Shown: positions 1-10,368 of the stretch, piece after piece
Layout: each line of letters starts with the position of its first letter
Position numbering within the stretch: position 1 is the stretch's first letter
DNA from: Octopus sinensis
Lineage: Eukaryota
Length of the DNA: 64,000 bases
Direction: 5' to 3'
Assembly (NCBI RefSeq): GCF_006345805.1
Contig: NC_043006.1
Location: forward strand, 86,428,001 to 86,492,000
Made by a program: the position numbers and the translations under genes
The notes under the pieces: model-generated
The model's input: only the letters and a program-made list of their open reading frames with translations
Database searches by the model: none
Told to the model about the DNA's origin: nothing

Positions 1-68
1 AACCTCCTGGCTTACCAGTCCTCAGTCAAACCGTCCAACCCATGCCAGCGTGGATGATGATTATTACT

Positions 69-260
69 CAAGGCAGCAAGGTGGCAGAATCGGTAGCATA
101 CTGAGAAAAATGCTTAGCAACATTTTGTCCATTCTTACATTCTAAGTTCAAATTCTGTCAAGGTCAACTTTGTTTTTCATTCATCCTTTCAGGGTTGATG
201 AAATTAGTACCTGTTATGCACCTTGTGCCTATAGTAGAAAGGGTTATTAATATTATTATT

Positions 261-304
<44 letters not shown>

Positions 305-510
305 TATTATTATCTAACGAGCTGGCATAATTGCTATTGCACTGGACAAAATGCTTAGCAGCAGTTCTTCTGGCTTTATCTTCTGAGTTCAAATGCCACC
401 TAGATCAACTTTACAGTTCATCCTTTTGGAATCAATAAGATAAGTATCCACTGAGCCCTGAGATTGAATTAATTGACTTCCCTACCCTCCAAATTGCTGA
501 CTTTAGGCAA
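69..510 (+). mobile_element. Two degenerate copies of tRNA-derived SINE family B, separated by a (TCA)n/(TTA)n tract
   Basis: aaggcagcaaggtggcagaat...aaatgcttagc...ttctaagttcaaattc...gtcaactttg...catcctttcagggttgatgaaattagtacc matches the cleaner copies at 27763, 53498 and 63422. Confidence 0.7.
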
Positions 511-629
511 AAATAAGGATTCTTCTTCTTATTATTTTTAGTGAAAGAGGTAGTGTGGGGGATGAGATTGAAAGGACTGAAGACAAATATTTTCCTTTTT
601 GGCCAACCCTTCATCGACTTTTTTAAGTC

Positions 630-982
630 CCACTTGAAAGGAAACTGTGAGTAGAAAGGGAAATGCTGAACCCCAGTATTTTTGTTGAAAGATTGACAAG
701 GATGGCCTGTACAAATGTGCCTATGCTGAACATAAAGTAGTTAGCTGGAGAAGTTATGATACCTGCCTGAGGTGCCCTTGGCAGCAGTTAGGATGACCAG
801 GATGTGTGGGGTTCCTTTGTTGCACCTGACAAGTACTTCTCCCTTTTGAGGAATATTATTCTTGAATAATTGTTATTGTTTTATTGTATTTTATACGCAA
901 ATATTGTGCTAAGCCCCACTTGCTCCTTGTGCTGTATTGTTCCTTTCCATTTTGCATTCAGCCCTTATGGCCAATAAAGAAA
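630..982 (+). mobile_element. 3'-terminal remnant of a Tx1/L1-clade LINE
   Basis: Broken frames read HLK..L*VEREMLNPSIFVER..RMAC, like the ORF2 end at 7530-7636 (YHLKSKMGLEKKTL...KKRW). Ends in ...tcagcccttatggccaataaagaaa. Confidence 0.55.
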
Positions 983-1010
983 ATGTCATTATTATTATTA
1001 TTATTATTAT

Positions 1011-1567
1011 TGAGTGAGAGAGCAGTGCATGCCATGAAGGTGACACTGGGATGAAATATATGAAGCCCAGTTTACCCATCATGACTAGCCGTCTGATAAG
1101 GGTATACCAGGCACATGCATCACAACCATATGTGCGCGACATGGTGATCTCATATCAAGATAAACAGCACATGACGTTGCAGGTGGGGCCCAGTTAGAAT
1201 TTTCTTCTGGTTGAGTAACCCATCCCGCTCAAAAGGTCCCTGAATAAGGGTTGTTTAAGGATGTTGAACAAAACACCCATGTTTCCAGAGGTGAATTATT
1301 CAAACCCCAAAGAATCCCTCTCAACACATGGCTATGATGCTCCCCCACTACTTCTGCTCATGATCAGTGATGCACATATCGTCAGCCACTAAGGGACATG
1401 GTCAACTGGTTAAGATCAAACAACTGATAAGCAAATCTGTGGTACTGAACAGAATATTTGCTGTAGCCCATCTTTTTTACCAAGACAAAACAATGTACAT
1501 GATAACACTTTCAATCAGTTAAGATCAGAAGCCATGAGAGCCACTGCCTGGTACTGCATCGGGGTAT
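1011..1567 (-). mobile_element. Non-coding ~555-bp retroposon embedded in (TTA)n microsatellite
   Basis: (TTA)n on both sides (988-1010, 1568-1634). A close copy of its left 230 bp lies at 33180-33408, also inside (TTA)n and truncated at the other end, as expected from TPRT 5' truncation. Confidence 0.7.
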
Positions 1568-1579
1568 TTATTATTATTA

Positions 1580-1614
<35 letters not shown>

Positions 1615-1635
1615 TATTATTATTATTATTATTAT

Positions 1636-3148
1636 ATAACTGTTCAAGATTTGGTAGATTGAGGCAAATTTCTACTGCATCACCTGCTACACCTCTGTGT
1701 TGCTGGGGTGTGTGCAGCATTGTGTGTTCTTTTCTGCTGTTGGGAGTGTGCGAACACTCCCGGTACTGTATTGTGTTAATTTTTTTCCCCTTGAGGTGTG
1801 GTACTGTCTTTTGTTGTTTTACTGCTTGTATTGTGGTGTTGCATGTGTAATATTTTGGTTTTCTAGCTTGCTGCTGGGAGTTTATTTCACTGGGTAAATG
1901 CTGCGTATAATGTGTCTTGTATTTGTGGATTGTTTTGTTTAGGTTGTATTATTGGATGTCTTGTGAGGGATGTGGGCTGTTGCTAGCAGGGTTATTTTTT
2001 GGACAGTGTGTAGAGTTGAGAATCCAGGTATAACATCTATATTTTTGTTCATATGATTTTTTATCATGCCTAATGCTCCAGTTCTTATCGGTATTGTTTT
2101 TACCTTCACGCCCAAAATTTTGAATACTTCAATTTCGAGGTCTTTGCACTTCAACAATTTCTCCACTTCTTTTTTGACAATATATTGATCAGAAGGGACT
2201 GCAATGTCAATCAGTAACCAGGTGTTTTTTCCCCAATCTTTGACTATTATATCTGGCTGATTAGCTTTTATTTCTTTATTGGTTTGAACTAGCTCATCCC
2301 AGATGATTGTGGCCTGATCGTCGTCTTGTACCTTGCTTGGCTCATGCCTATACCACCTGCTGTAAGTTTTGATTTTATAATGTTGGCATAATGTCCAGTG
2401 GATATAACTTCTTACTTTATCACGTCTGTATACATATTCTGACTTGGCCAAGACTGGACAGCCCAAGATGATGTGGTTAACTGTTTCATTGTATTGGTTG
2501 CACACTCTGCATTTGGACGTTGAGGCCTGCTTCGTTATTTTGCTTTTATAATTGCTTATAGTCAGGCATTGGTTTGTGCAGTGAGAATCAGTCCTCCCGT
2601 TTCAGCTTTTAGTCCAGAGCTTTTGAGCCATTGTTGGCTTTTACTTAGCCTCACTTCCTTTCTGTCAAGCCTTGTAGGGTACTGGCCATGAAGTGATTTT
2701 TCTCTCCATTTCTTCATCAGCATCTTTTGTAATTTAGTTTTCATGTTGTTTTTTTGTCTCTCTGACCATTTCTGCTATGTGGTCATCTGAGGTCAATGTA
2801 GTTTGCTTCTGTTTTGTATTTTGTTGCCTCCTTGTGTATAGATAAAAGTGTTTTCTTTTTCTCATATTGCTTTACTATATGCAGTAGTCTTCCCCTCTTT
2901 GTTTCTAAGTACTTTGCTAGTTCAGCTGTTGTTATTCTATAGTAGTTTTCTATCTGTATCAGACCATGGCCTCCTTCTGAGTGGAGTAGATATATTTTGT
3001 TTGCATCTGCTTTGGGGTGGTGACTTCGGTACACTGTTAGTAGTTTTCTGGTTTTTCTATCCAGGTTTCTCAATTCACTTATCTTCCAGTTTATTATGTT
3101 AAAGCTGTAATTTATGACTGGTATGGCTAGCATGTTTATGCCTATTAT
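1636..3148 (-). mobile_element. 5'-truncated, degenerate R4/Dong-like non-LTR retrotransposon (post-RT region, CCHC finger, restriction-like endonuclease)
   Basis: ORFs 3133-2783 (AIPVINYSFNIINW..LDRKTRKLLT..HHPKAD..GGHGL), 2744-2562 (WREKSLHGQY..WLKSSGLKAETGG) and 2505-1939 (C..C..ETVNHIILGC, PDIIVKD, LLIDIAVPSD, KEVEK) are typical of RLE-encoding clades. Flanked by (TTA)n and (TTC)n(TTA)n. Confidence 0.85.
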
Positions 3149-3150
3149 CG

Positions 3151-3232
3151 TCTTCTTCTTCTTCTTCTTCTTCTTCTTCTTCTTCTTCTTCTTCTTCTTC
3201 TTCTTCTTCTTCTTCTTCTTCTTCTAATTATT

Positions 3233-3263
<31 letters not shown>

Positions 3264-3298
3264 TTATTATTATTATTATCATCATCATCATCATTATT
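3151..3298. repeat. Compound microsatellite (TTC)n(TTA)n(TCA)n
   Basis: Directly visible. Confidence 0.95.
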
Positions 3299-4531
3299 AA
3301 CAGAGCTTGATGCAGTCCTCTGGCTAAGGTTGGATTAATCAGCTACAATCTACTCCCAAATTACTGAACTTGGATCTAAATTGCTATTGCTGTTGATGCA
3401 GTTTCTATTAATGTTGCTGGGAATGGTAGAGCAAAATGTCTTGGGTATCTGGTTACACAACAATGTATATTCTGAGATCAAATCCTACCAAGGTCATCAG
3501 CTTTGTCTTAAATCCCTCAAAGGATGGTTAAATAATTAGTCAAGGACTGGGGAGGGGGTCAATTTATATTATTTTTTCTTGAAGATAGGCTTAATTATAA
3601 GAGGAAAGGCTGCCCTCATGATCCTTTAATCAAAACCTCTGACTGGAGAGAAGTTAGTATGAGACTGGAAATCTAATCTGGATTAAGGGCTTCTAGGGAT
3701 CAGGAAGTATATTAAACTTGGTGATAAATTGATTATATTACTCCCTTAAATGTGATTTTCTGTCAATATACAAATCATTATTATTCTTAACAGGGTGTGG
3801 CAGACAGTAGAAAACCAGACAAAATATCCTAGAATATGTTTAGATTTTAATTTCAATACTGACTATTTCCATTCCCCTAAGGTCAACTGATTTCACAGCA
3901 GTGTCTCTCTCATAGTTTATATCTTTTTACCAGTCAGGAGAAATTATTGTTGCTTTTCTTTGTTTTTTAGTTTGTTATATTGTATACAGCAAGACTAAAT
4001 GAAAGAGTATTTATGGATTGCTTGTTGCAAACTATCACATTGAAAAACACATTGAATAATGTAGTCTTAAGATATGATGATGGCTGCAACTTGATTTTGA
4101 ACAATGCTATTGCTTGGTTATTGTCATCAAATTTAGTGGAAAATATACTTCACATTGTCATGCAGCTACTGTTTATACCTCGTTCAGAGATTTATTATTG
4201 CTTGTTTACACTTTTGCGAGATCAGTGACTTTTCATCACTGGAAAAAGGATATATGTATTTGCATTGGGACCCCTTCGCATCGAAGACCAGTGTTTTGAC
4301 TCGTCTAGGGACCCCTCTTTAATCTGCGTATTGAGAAGTTAGCTGCCTATTTTGTTGAGTGAGTTTGTTTTTTGTTCGTCTTTGTTTGTGTTTGCTCGTG
4401 AATTGAACAGTTGTCCGTTGTGTGACAGTAATTTTCGCCCTACGGGGCTGAAAATTCTGTGTATAAACATTGTTATTACCTTCGGGGTAATTTTTTTTTT
4501 TTTTGAAAAATTGGTTCTCATAATTTGAGAA

Positions 4532-5305
4532 ATGGAGTTCGACTTGGCGTCGAGGAGCGACTTTCCCGTGATGGGAAAAGGCGAACAGAAGGATATCGAG
4601 GTTAGAAAACAGTCTTTTTCGGCCGCAGTGGACGGAACCGTAACGGAAGTGGAATTCAAAATAGAACAGTTGTTCGAATACCGGAACTTGGTCAAAAAGG
4701 AAGGCAACGAAATAAAACTGGTACCGCCGCAAGCGATATTACAGGAAATAAAGGCCAAGACAGTCGTGTACAAGGTTTACAGTAACAAAGAGAAAAAAAT
4801 AATGGACGTGAAGAACGAAATAGTAGAGAAGTGCTTGTCCCCGGTGTGGAGCAAAATTCGCTACACCGGTCGAGGTGCCTGCAGCGCTACCGTTGAAGCA
4901 CATTTCAACTCAGCTGATGTGGCAAGAGAGATTTCATCGATGACCTTAAAAAGTGAGAACATCATGTTACTACCTACCTATATGGGCAAAAGAACTGCGA
5001 AAATATATGTGGAAGACATACCAAGAGGATATGATATAATGTGGGTAGCAGCGGCGGTTCTGCACGATGTAGAGCAGAAAGTCTCAATTCTGCAGATCAA
5101 AAGGAAAGAGGAGGTAAACTGGAAGGGACAAGCGCTTGAACTCCTCGTTCAAGCAGAAAATAATGTGCTAGAAAACTTACCCGATAGGGTATTTATTGAG
5201 GAGGGAATTACAATGAGAGTGTCAGTGGAGGGGCGCAGACCTAGGTGTTTCAAATGTGGTGAAAAGAGTGATGGTGGCAAGGACGGTATTGTACTGTCAC
5301 CTTAA
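4532..5305 (+). CDS. LINE ORF1 (gag-like nucleic-acid-binding protein), zinc knuckle cut short
   Basis: 257-aa ATG ORF ending VSVEGRRPRCFKCGEK, the first half of CX2CX4HX4C. Homologous to 18105-18672, where the knuckle is complete. Confidence 0.8.
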   Translation: MEFDLASRSDFPVMGKGEQKDIEVRKQSFSAAVDGTVTEVEFKIEQLFEYRNLVKKEGNEIKLVPPQAILQEIKAKTVVYKVYSNKEKKIMDVKNEIVEKCLSPVWSKIRYTGRGACSATVEAHFNSADVAREISSMTLKSENIMLLPTYMGKRTAKIYVEDIPRGYDIMWVAAAVLHDVEQKVSILQIKRKEEVNWKGQALELLVQAENNVLENLPDRVFIEEGITMRVSVEGRRPRCFKCGEKSDGGKDGIVLSP

Positions 5306-5572
5306 CTCCAAACACGAAGGTTGCAGAGTTAGAGCTAAGCTACGTGCAGGGAAACGATAAGGTATTAATGTTGCCGGATGGGCCCGTCGAGTGGAGAGTC
5401 AGAGAGGTAACAAAGCTTCAATCAAGTCTTTAACTGACAAACAGGGACACAAGATCTATGGACAGGAGGAGATGCAAAAGTTTCTTCACCAGCATTTCGC
5501 CCATGCGTTCGGGGGGGGGGGTTCGCTGGAGAGGGCCTTAAAGGACTTCCTAGTCGGCTCTCAGGGCGTGAG

Positions 5573-7636
5573 GTGGAGTGCTGTGAAGGAGCGATCACTT
5601 CCGCGGAGATAGAGGGGGTACTGGTCGGATGCGCCGGGGAGAAGTCGCCGGGGTTGGATGGTCTGCCCTACGAGTTTTATCAAAGTATGCCGGACTTGTT
5701 CGGGGGAATACTGGCAGGCGTCTACGTGAACTGGCAGCAGAACGGGAGAATTCCCACTTCTGTAAGCCGGGGAGTGGTGACGCTAATCCAGAAAGACCCG
5801 AGCAAGGGGGATAACATTAGTAATTACAGGCCCGTAACTCTACTTAATGTAGAGTTAAAGATTTTGGCCAAGGTGTTGGCAAAAAGGTTGACGACTGTCG
5901 TGGAGAAACTTGTAGGGAAAGCACAGACATGTGCAATTCCAGGCAGGTCGATCCAGGACAATCTTCACCTTATACGCTACACCTTAGATAGGGTGGGTAA
6001 ATTAACCGGCAAGGGCGGGGTAATGGTCCATTTAGACCAAAGTAAAGCGTTCGATAGGGTAGACCATAAGTACCTGGCGACGGTCCTCGAAGCGGCTGGA
6101 CTGGGCCCTAAATTTCGCGGGTGGATCTCCGCTATGTATAGCGGCATCAAGTCCACCGTCCAGATAAACGGTTACCTAACGGAACCGTTTTCGATCGAAT
6201 GTTCAGTTCGTCAAGGGTGCCCCTTGTCACCACTTTTGTACGTGTTGGCTCTCGAGCCATTGCTGCGAAAGTTGGAGAGGCTGGGAAGTAACCCGGATGA
6301 GATCGGAGGTGGGAGGACGGTTTCTGCTTATGCGGATGACGTCACCCTCATCGTGTCCAATGAGGCTCAGCTATCTTGTGTAGAAGATGCTATCAGAAGA
6401 TCCGAAGCGGTGGCAGGAGCAAAAGTTAACAAGGACAAGTCGATTGGCTTATGCCTCGGCACCTGGAGGAGCAAGTCGATATCGTCCAGTGCCGTGGGAC
6501 ACTGGACAGATGGTCCTGTTAAGTTGCTAGGATTTTGGTTTGGGCCAGACTCCCAAACGGAGAGGAAATGGAGTGAGGTGACAGACAAGGTGGAGGCCAT
6601 AGTACGGACCTGGTCCGGAAGGTTTCTGTCCTTGAAAGGAAGGGCGGAGGTGGTACAGATTTTCATTGCATCTGTAATCACTTACTGCCTGACCGCTGTC
6701 CCTTGCCCCGATTCATGGTTTAGCAAGTTGGAGCGAATCCTTTTCCGCTTTTTGTGGAAGGGAGGAAAGCCACTTGTGAGGCGCTCCGTTTGCTGCCAGG
6801 AATCGTTAAAGGGTGGGTTAGGAATGCCTTGGTTGATGATGCGCAGGCATGCGTTGAGGCTGAAGCATCTCTGGCACCACCTGGAGGATGATAAGGTGTG
6901 GAGTCCGCTGGCAGGGAAATTTTTCCCGAGACCGGCTTCCTTAGTGAATTTTAAACCCGGTTGCATCAAAAGACGGAATCTGACTTTATGGCAAAAGGAG
7001 TGCCGACAGGCACTCACGCTGATCCACAAGGCGGGCAAGGCCGGCTGCGGAAATACCACCTCGGTATTTTATAGCAGGCTGGTAGAGGCAAAGAACGACG
7101 ACGTCCTAGGAGGGGCTCTGGGGTTCGATGAAGACCAGCTTACCAACCTGTTTAAAAAGACTTTCAGGACGGGGTATTTGGATAATTTCCAAAGATCCCT
7201 GGCCTGGCAGTGTTATAGGAATGCTTTACCTGTTCATGAGAAGTTATCGCGGCATGGAATTTCAGTCCAGCATGCTTTTGTACACTGTCGGCAGTTGTCA
7301 GACTTGATAAGTTATGCAGAACACGTGTTATCGCATCTGGGACGAGTACAGCTGTCGGCTGAGTCTATGATTAAGATGATACCGTCAACTGGACTCTTGA
7401 AGGAAGGTGAGGCATGTTTTCACTGCATGGTTGCAGTAGTAAAAGAATGCATGTGGCATACAAGAATGGAAGGAGTCGCAATAGGATCCTTTGTCTCAGG
7501 CCCCGGCTTGCTCACTTACTTCAGATATCATCTGAAGAGCAAAATGGGGCTGGAAAAGAAGACCTTACCACTAGGTGTGTATAAAAAAAGATGGAAGGAA
7601 GTGGCGAAAAAGGTGGGTGTCAGAAACCCAGTTTAA
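5573..7636 (+). CDS. LINE ORF2 reverse transcriptase (Tx1/L1 clade), no endonuclease
   Basis: 687-aa stop-free frame with KSPGLDGLPYEFY, NYRPVTLLN, LDQSKAFDRV, SVRQGCPLSPLLY, AYADDVT and KGGLG. The upstream linker 5391-5570 is in another frame. The C-terminal CxxC present in copy 2 is deleted in frame. Confidence 0.9.
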   Translation: MECCEGAITSAEIEGVLVGCAGEKSPGLDGLPYEFYQSMPDLFGGILAGVYVNWQQNGRIPTSVSRGVVTLIQKDPSKGDNISNYRPVTLLNVELKILAKVLAKRLTTVVEKLVGKAQTCAIPGRSIQDNLHLIRYTLDRVGKLTGKGGVMVHLDQSKAFDRVDHKYLATVLEAAGLGPKFRGWISAMYSGIKSTVQINGYLTEPFSIECSVRQGCPLSPLLYVLALEPLLRKLERLGSNPDEIGGGRTVSAYADDVTLIVSNEAQLSCVEDAIRRSEAVAGAKVNKDKSIGLCLGTWRSKSISSSAVGHWTDGPVKLLGFWFGPDSQTERKWSEVTDKVEAIVRTWSGRFLSLKGRAEVVQIFIASVITYCLTAVPCPDSWFSKLERILFRFLWKGGKPLVRRSVCCQESLKGGLGMPWLMMRRHALRLKHLWHHLEDDKVWSPLAGKFFPRPASLVNFKPGCIKRRNLTLWQKECRQALTLIHKAGKAGCGNTTSVFYSRLVEAKNDDVLGGALGFDEDQLTNLFKKTFRTGYLDNFQRSLAWQCYRNALPVHEKLSRHGISVQHAFVHCRQLSDLISYAEHVLSHLGRVQLSAESMIKMIPSTGLLKEGEACFHCMVAVVKECMWHTRMEGVAIGSFVSGPGLLTYFRYHLKSKMGLEKKTLPLGVYKKRWKEVAKKVGVRNPV

Positions 7637-7901
7637 CTATGGATGGAGTAGAGGAAAGGAAAGCTGCGGGGCCTTATAGGTTGCCGGGGTTTAAAATATA
7701 TCGGTAAGATTTCAATCTAATGTAATGTTATATTAGTCAATGCAAAGGACAATTTAAACACAGTTTTTTGTATAATGAATAATCCATATATTTTGGAAAT
7801 TTTTAAACGAACCACTTAACTGTTTTTTGTATGTATGTCCTGTATTGTTCCTCTATGTACTGATTTTATAATCGTAATAAAGAATTAATCGAAGACCGGT
7901 G

Positions 7902-7955
7902 ATTGTCGTGTGCTGACGACAGGTAAATACTCAGAAACCCGGGTCTGTGTGTATC
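7902..7955 (+). ncRNA. Degenerate type I hammerhead ribozyme motif
   Basis: CTGACGA (7913-7919), weak stem II ggt-aaat-act, then GAAAC-CCGG-GTC (7934-7945, palindromic stem III ACCCGGGT). Stem I cgtgtg/tgtgtg pairs almost entirely by G.U wobbles. Confidence 0.5.
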
Positions 7956-8327
7956 GTGTCAGTCGACGATGGGAAGGATGGCTTCCCTTTGCAAATACTG
8001 ATAGAGCACAGAAGGTGTGTCAATAGCTTGCTGGAGAAGATGTTCTCCTGGACTAAAAGCTAGAGTAGCATCCACCCTTAGTGGTTAGCCACATTTAAGT
8101 GGCAAATATACTTCACATTGTCGTGAAGCTACTGTTTATACCTCGTTCAGAGATTTATTATTGCTTTACATTGAGTATTTTCTCTTTTACAGCCACAGCA
8201 AGCCATGGTATGCAACACATAATAGAGATGATGTTAAAAATCAAGTGACACCTGTCTTAAGCTTTTTAAAGTGAGGAAAGGCTTTGCATAGGGACAATCT
8301 CAATCTCTAAACAATGTATGCATTTAC

Positions 8328-8570
8328 CAAAAAGCAACTTGTCTACATCACTGGATGCAAATGAAGTCACAGGTGTTACATCAGTTCTCTTTCTTCTGGA
8401 GATATATCTAAACAATGACTGTGGGTCTCTTACTCTTTGTTGTTGGATGGCTTTTAACTCAGCTGAGTTTATCTGTCTTTTGACATGCTTCAGTTTTGGT
8501 CCTGCAGGTTGTCCAATGAAAACTTCAAGTAAGCTTTGCAGGGTTGCCGGTTTAGCTGCTGATGGTCTAA
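8328..8570 (-). CDS. Candidate internal exon (243 nt, phase 1-1) of an unidentified host gene
   Basis: Bounded by catacAG and G|GTAAAT. Stop-free: RPSAAKPATLQSLLEVFIGQPAGPKLKHVKRQINSAELKAIQQQRVRDPQSLFRYISRRKRTDVTPVTSFASSDVDKLLF. Non-repetitive sequence, but the polypyrimidine tract is weak. Confidence 0.5.
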
Positions 8571-9458
8571 CTGTATGTCAGGTTATACTAGGTTACATGT
8601 TACCAGTAATACTAAGAGTGACATGACATAAGTCATTGACATACTTTTAGATGAATAAATTTGGCCTTGGCCAAAATGCTTTTGGTCAAAAGTTTGCTCT
8701 GCCAGAATCGAGCTGGGATGAAACAATAATTACTACGACAATTCTCAAGTGTTCACTTAATACCATACTAGGGTTCGGCTACATCAGTATGTTCCTTTTT
8801 GTAGAAGCCATACTTCCACATATTGAGCAACATGAAAGGAACACTGGAAACCATTTTAGATGATTATTGTACCCAAGTTTAGAATTCCTAAGAGGTTTTA
8901 TTTGTTTCAGTGACTGAACTGTGATCATTCTGGGGCATTTCCTAGAAGGATTTAATCAAACAAATTGTCCCCTAGTATTTTATTTTCTCAATTCTGGTAT
9001 TTATTCAATCAGTTCTCATGCTGAACTGCCAAGTTTCTGGAATGTAAACAAGCCAATGCGTGTCAAGTAGTAGACACACACACACACACACACACATAGA
9101 TATATATGCACACACAACAGGCTTCTACACAGTTTCTGTCAACCAAATTCATTCACAAGACATTGATCAACTAAAGGCTGTATTAAAGGACACATGCCTC
9201 AGGTATTTTACATCACCCGTTGTATGGTCAGGCTTTTTTATCTTTTATCTTTTACCTATTTCAGTCATTAGACTGTGGCCATACTGGGGCACTGCCCTGA
9301 AGGGTCTTAGTCAAACAAATTAACCCCAGGACTTATTTTTTAAGCCTGGTACTTTCGTCAAACTGCTAAATTAATGGAATGTAAACACACCAATGCTGGT
9401 TGTGAAGCGGAGGTGGGCTACAAACACAGACACAAAGACATGCACACATAAATACACA

Positions 9459-9503
<45 letters not shown>

Positions 9504-9510
9504 TACACAC

Positions 9511-9991
9511 AGTAGAAACAATTGGTATGGAAGATAGAATATACTGGAATCTTTATTTATCACAACAATTATTTTGATGCATTCTGCACTGTTCCCTCAT
9601 TTGTGTGAAATTATACAATGAATTCCATTGTTTCCTGCAGTGCAGAAGCATCACTTCAGATGACATAATTTGGTTTCTCATTACATAATTGGCGTTTTAC
9701 TCTTAAGCTTAACTAGAGCATGTTGGTAGTAGTTGTATCTAAAATACACTTTAGATATGTATTTTAGATATGACTATTACCAACATGCTCTAGTTAAGGT
9801 TAAGAGCAAAACGTTAATTATGTAATGAGAAATCAAGTTATATCACCTGAAGTGATGCTTTAGTATTGCTGGAAGCACTGGAATTCATTGTATAGTTCCC
9901 CATGAGGAAGCAGTGCAGGATGTGTCAAAATGATCGATGTGATAAATAAAGTTTCCAATATATTCTATCTTCTGTATCAATTGTTTCTACT
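9511..9991. mobile_element. Foldback/MITE-like palindrome with ~235-bp arms and a ~10-bp loop
   Basis: 9511-9748 aligns to the reverse complement of 9758-9991 at roughly 85% identity (by eye). Confidence 0.85.
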
Positions 9992-10174
9992 ATACTCAAC
10001 ATGCACTGTGAAATTCCTAACGTAGATCCAGCGACAATCATGCAATTTCTGTGGATGACACCAGGTAGCCATAAACAGTGAATGTGCTTTGCCGGCATAG
10101 TACTTGGGACATACCCAAAATGCAGTTCAAATTTTTCAAATTTTAAATTTAAATCTAAACGTTAATTATAACAT

Positions 10175-10360
10175 TTACTAAATATGTGGGTGTGTTTGTT
10201 TGTGGTATTGTTATCTAACTCCTCCTACATCGTTTTATCGATTTTGATGAAAATTGACTCGTGAGTAGAACTCATGTCTGGAAAACTAGTGACATAGATT
10301 GTTGAAAAAATCGATAATAGGGTCTCTGGAAGGGATTCTTATATCTACTACATATAAGTA
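10175..10360 (+). mobile_element. Possible non-autonomous Helitron/Helentron-like fragment
   Basis: gtgtgtttgtttgt...ctcctcc...ttatcgattttgatgaaaatt resembles the 5' block of HINE/DINE-type elements. Termini not resolved. Confidence 0.3.
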
Positions 10361-10368
10361 ATATATTA

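Larger units (their letters stand above)
4294..7887 (+). mobile_element. Tx1/L1-clade non-LTR retrotransposon, 5' end apparently intact, APE endonuclease absent
   Basis: TSD atcgaagacc(a/g)gtg at 4280-4293 and 7888-7901. Has a 5' UTR with stem-loops, ORF1, an RT ORF, and a 3' UTR ending aataaagaatta. Confidence 0.9.
4131..8170 (+). mobile_element. Retrozyme/Penelope-pLTR-like non-autonomous unit (~355-bp period, ~80-bp terminal redundancy), interrupted by a Tx1-like LINE
   Basis: Direct repeat 4131-4210 / 8093-8170. Removing the LINE plus one TSD (3608 bp) leaves a 355-bp period containing a long stem that encloses a hammerhead core. Confidence 0.55.

Noticed and set aside
4131-8170. LTR retrotransposon reading (direct repeats around gag + RT)
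   Set aside because: The RT is non-LTR type with its own TSD, and there is no protease, RNase H or integrase. The direct repeats belong to the interrupted host element.
8318-8626. Plus-strand 102-aa ORF
   Set aside because: More likely the antisense shadow of the minus-strand candidate exon.
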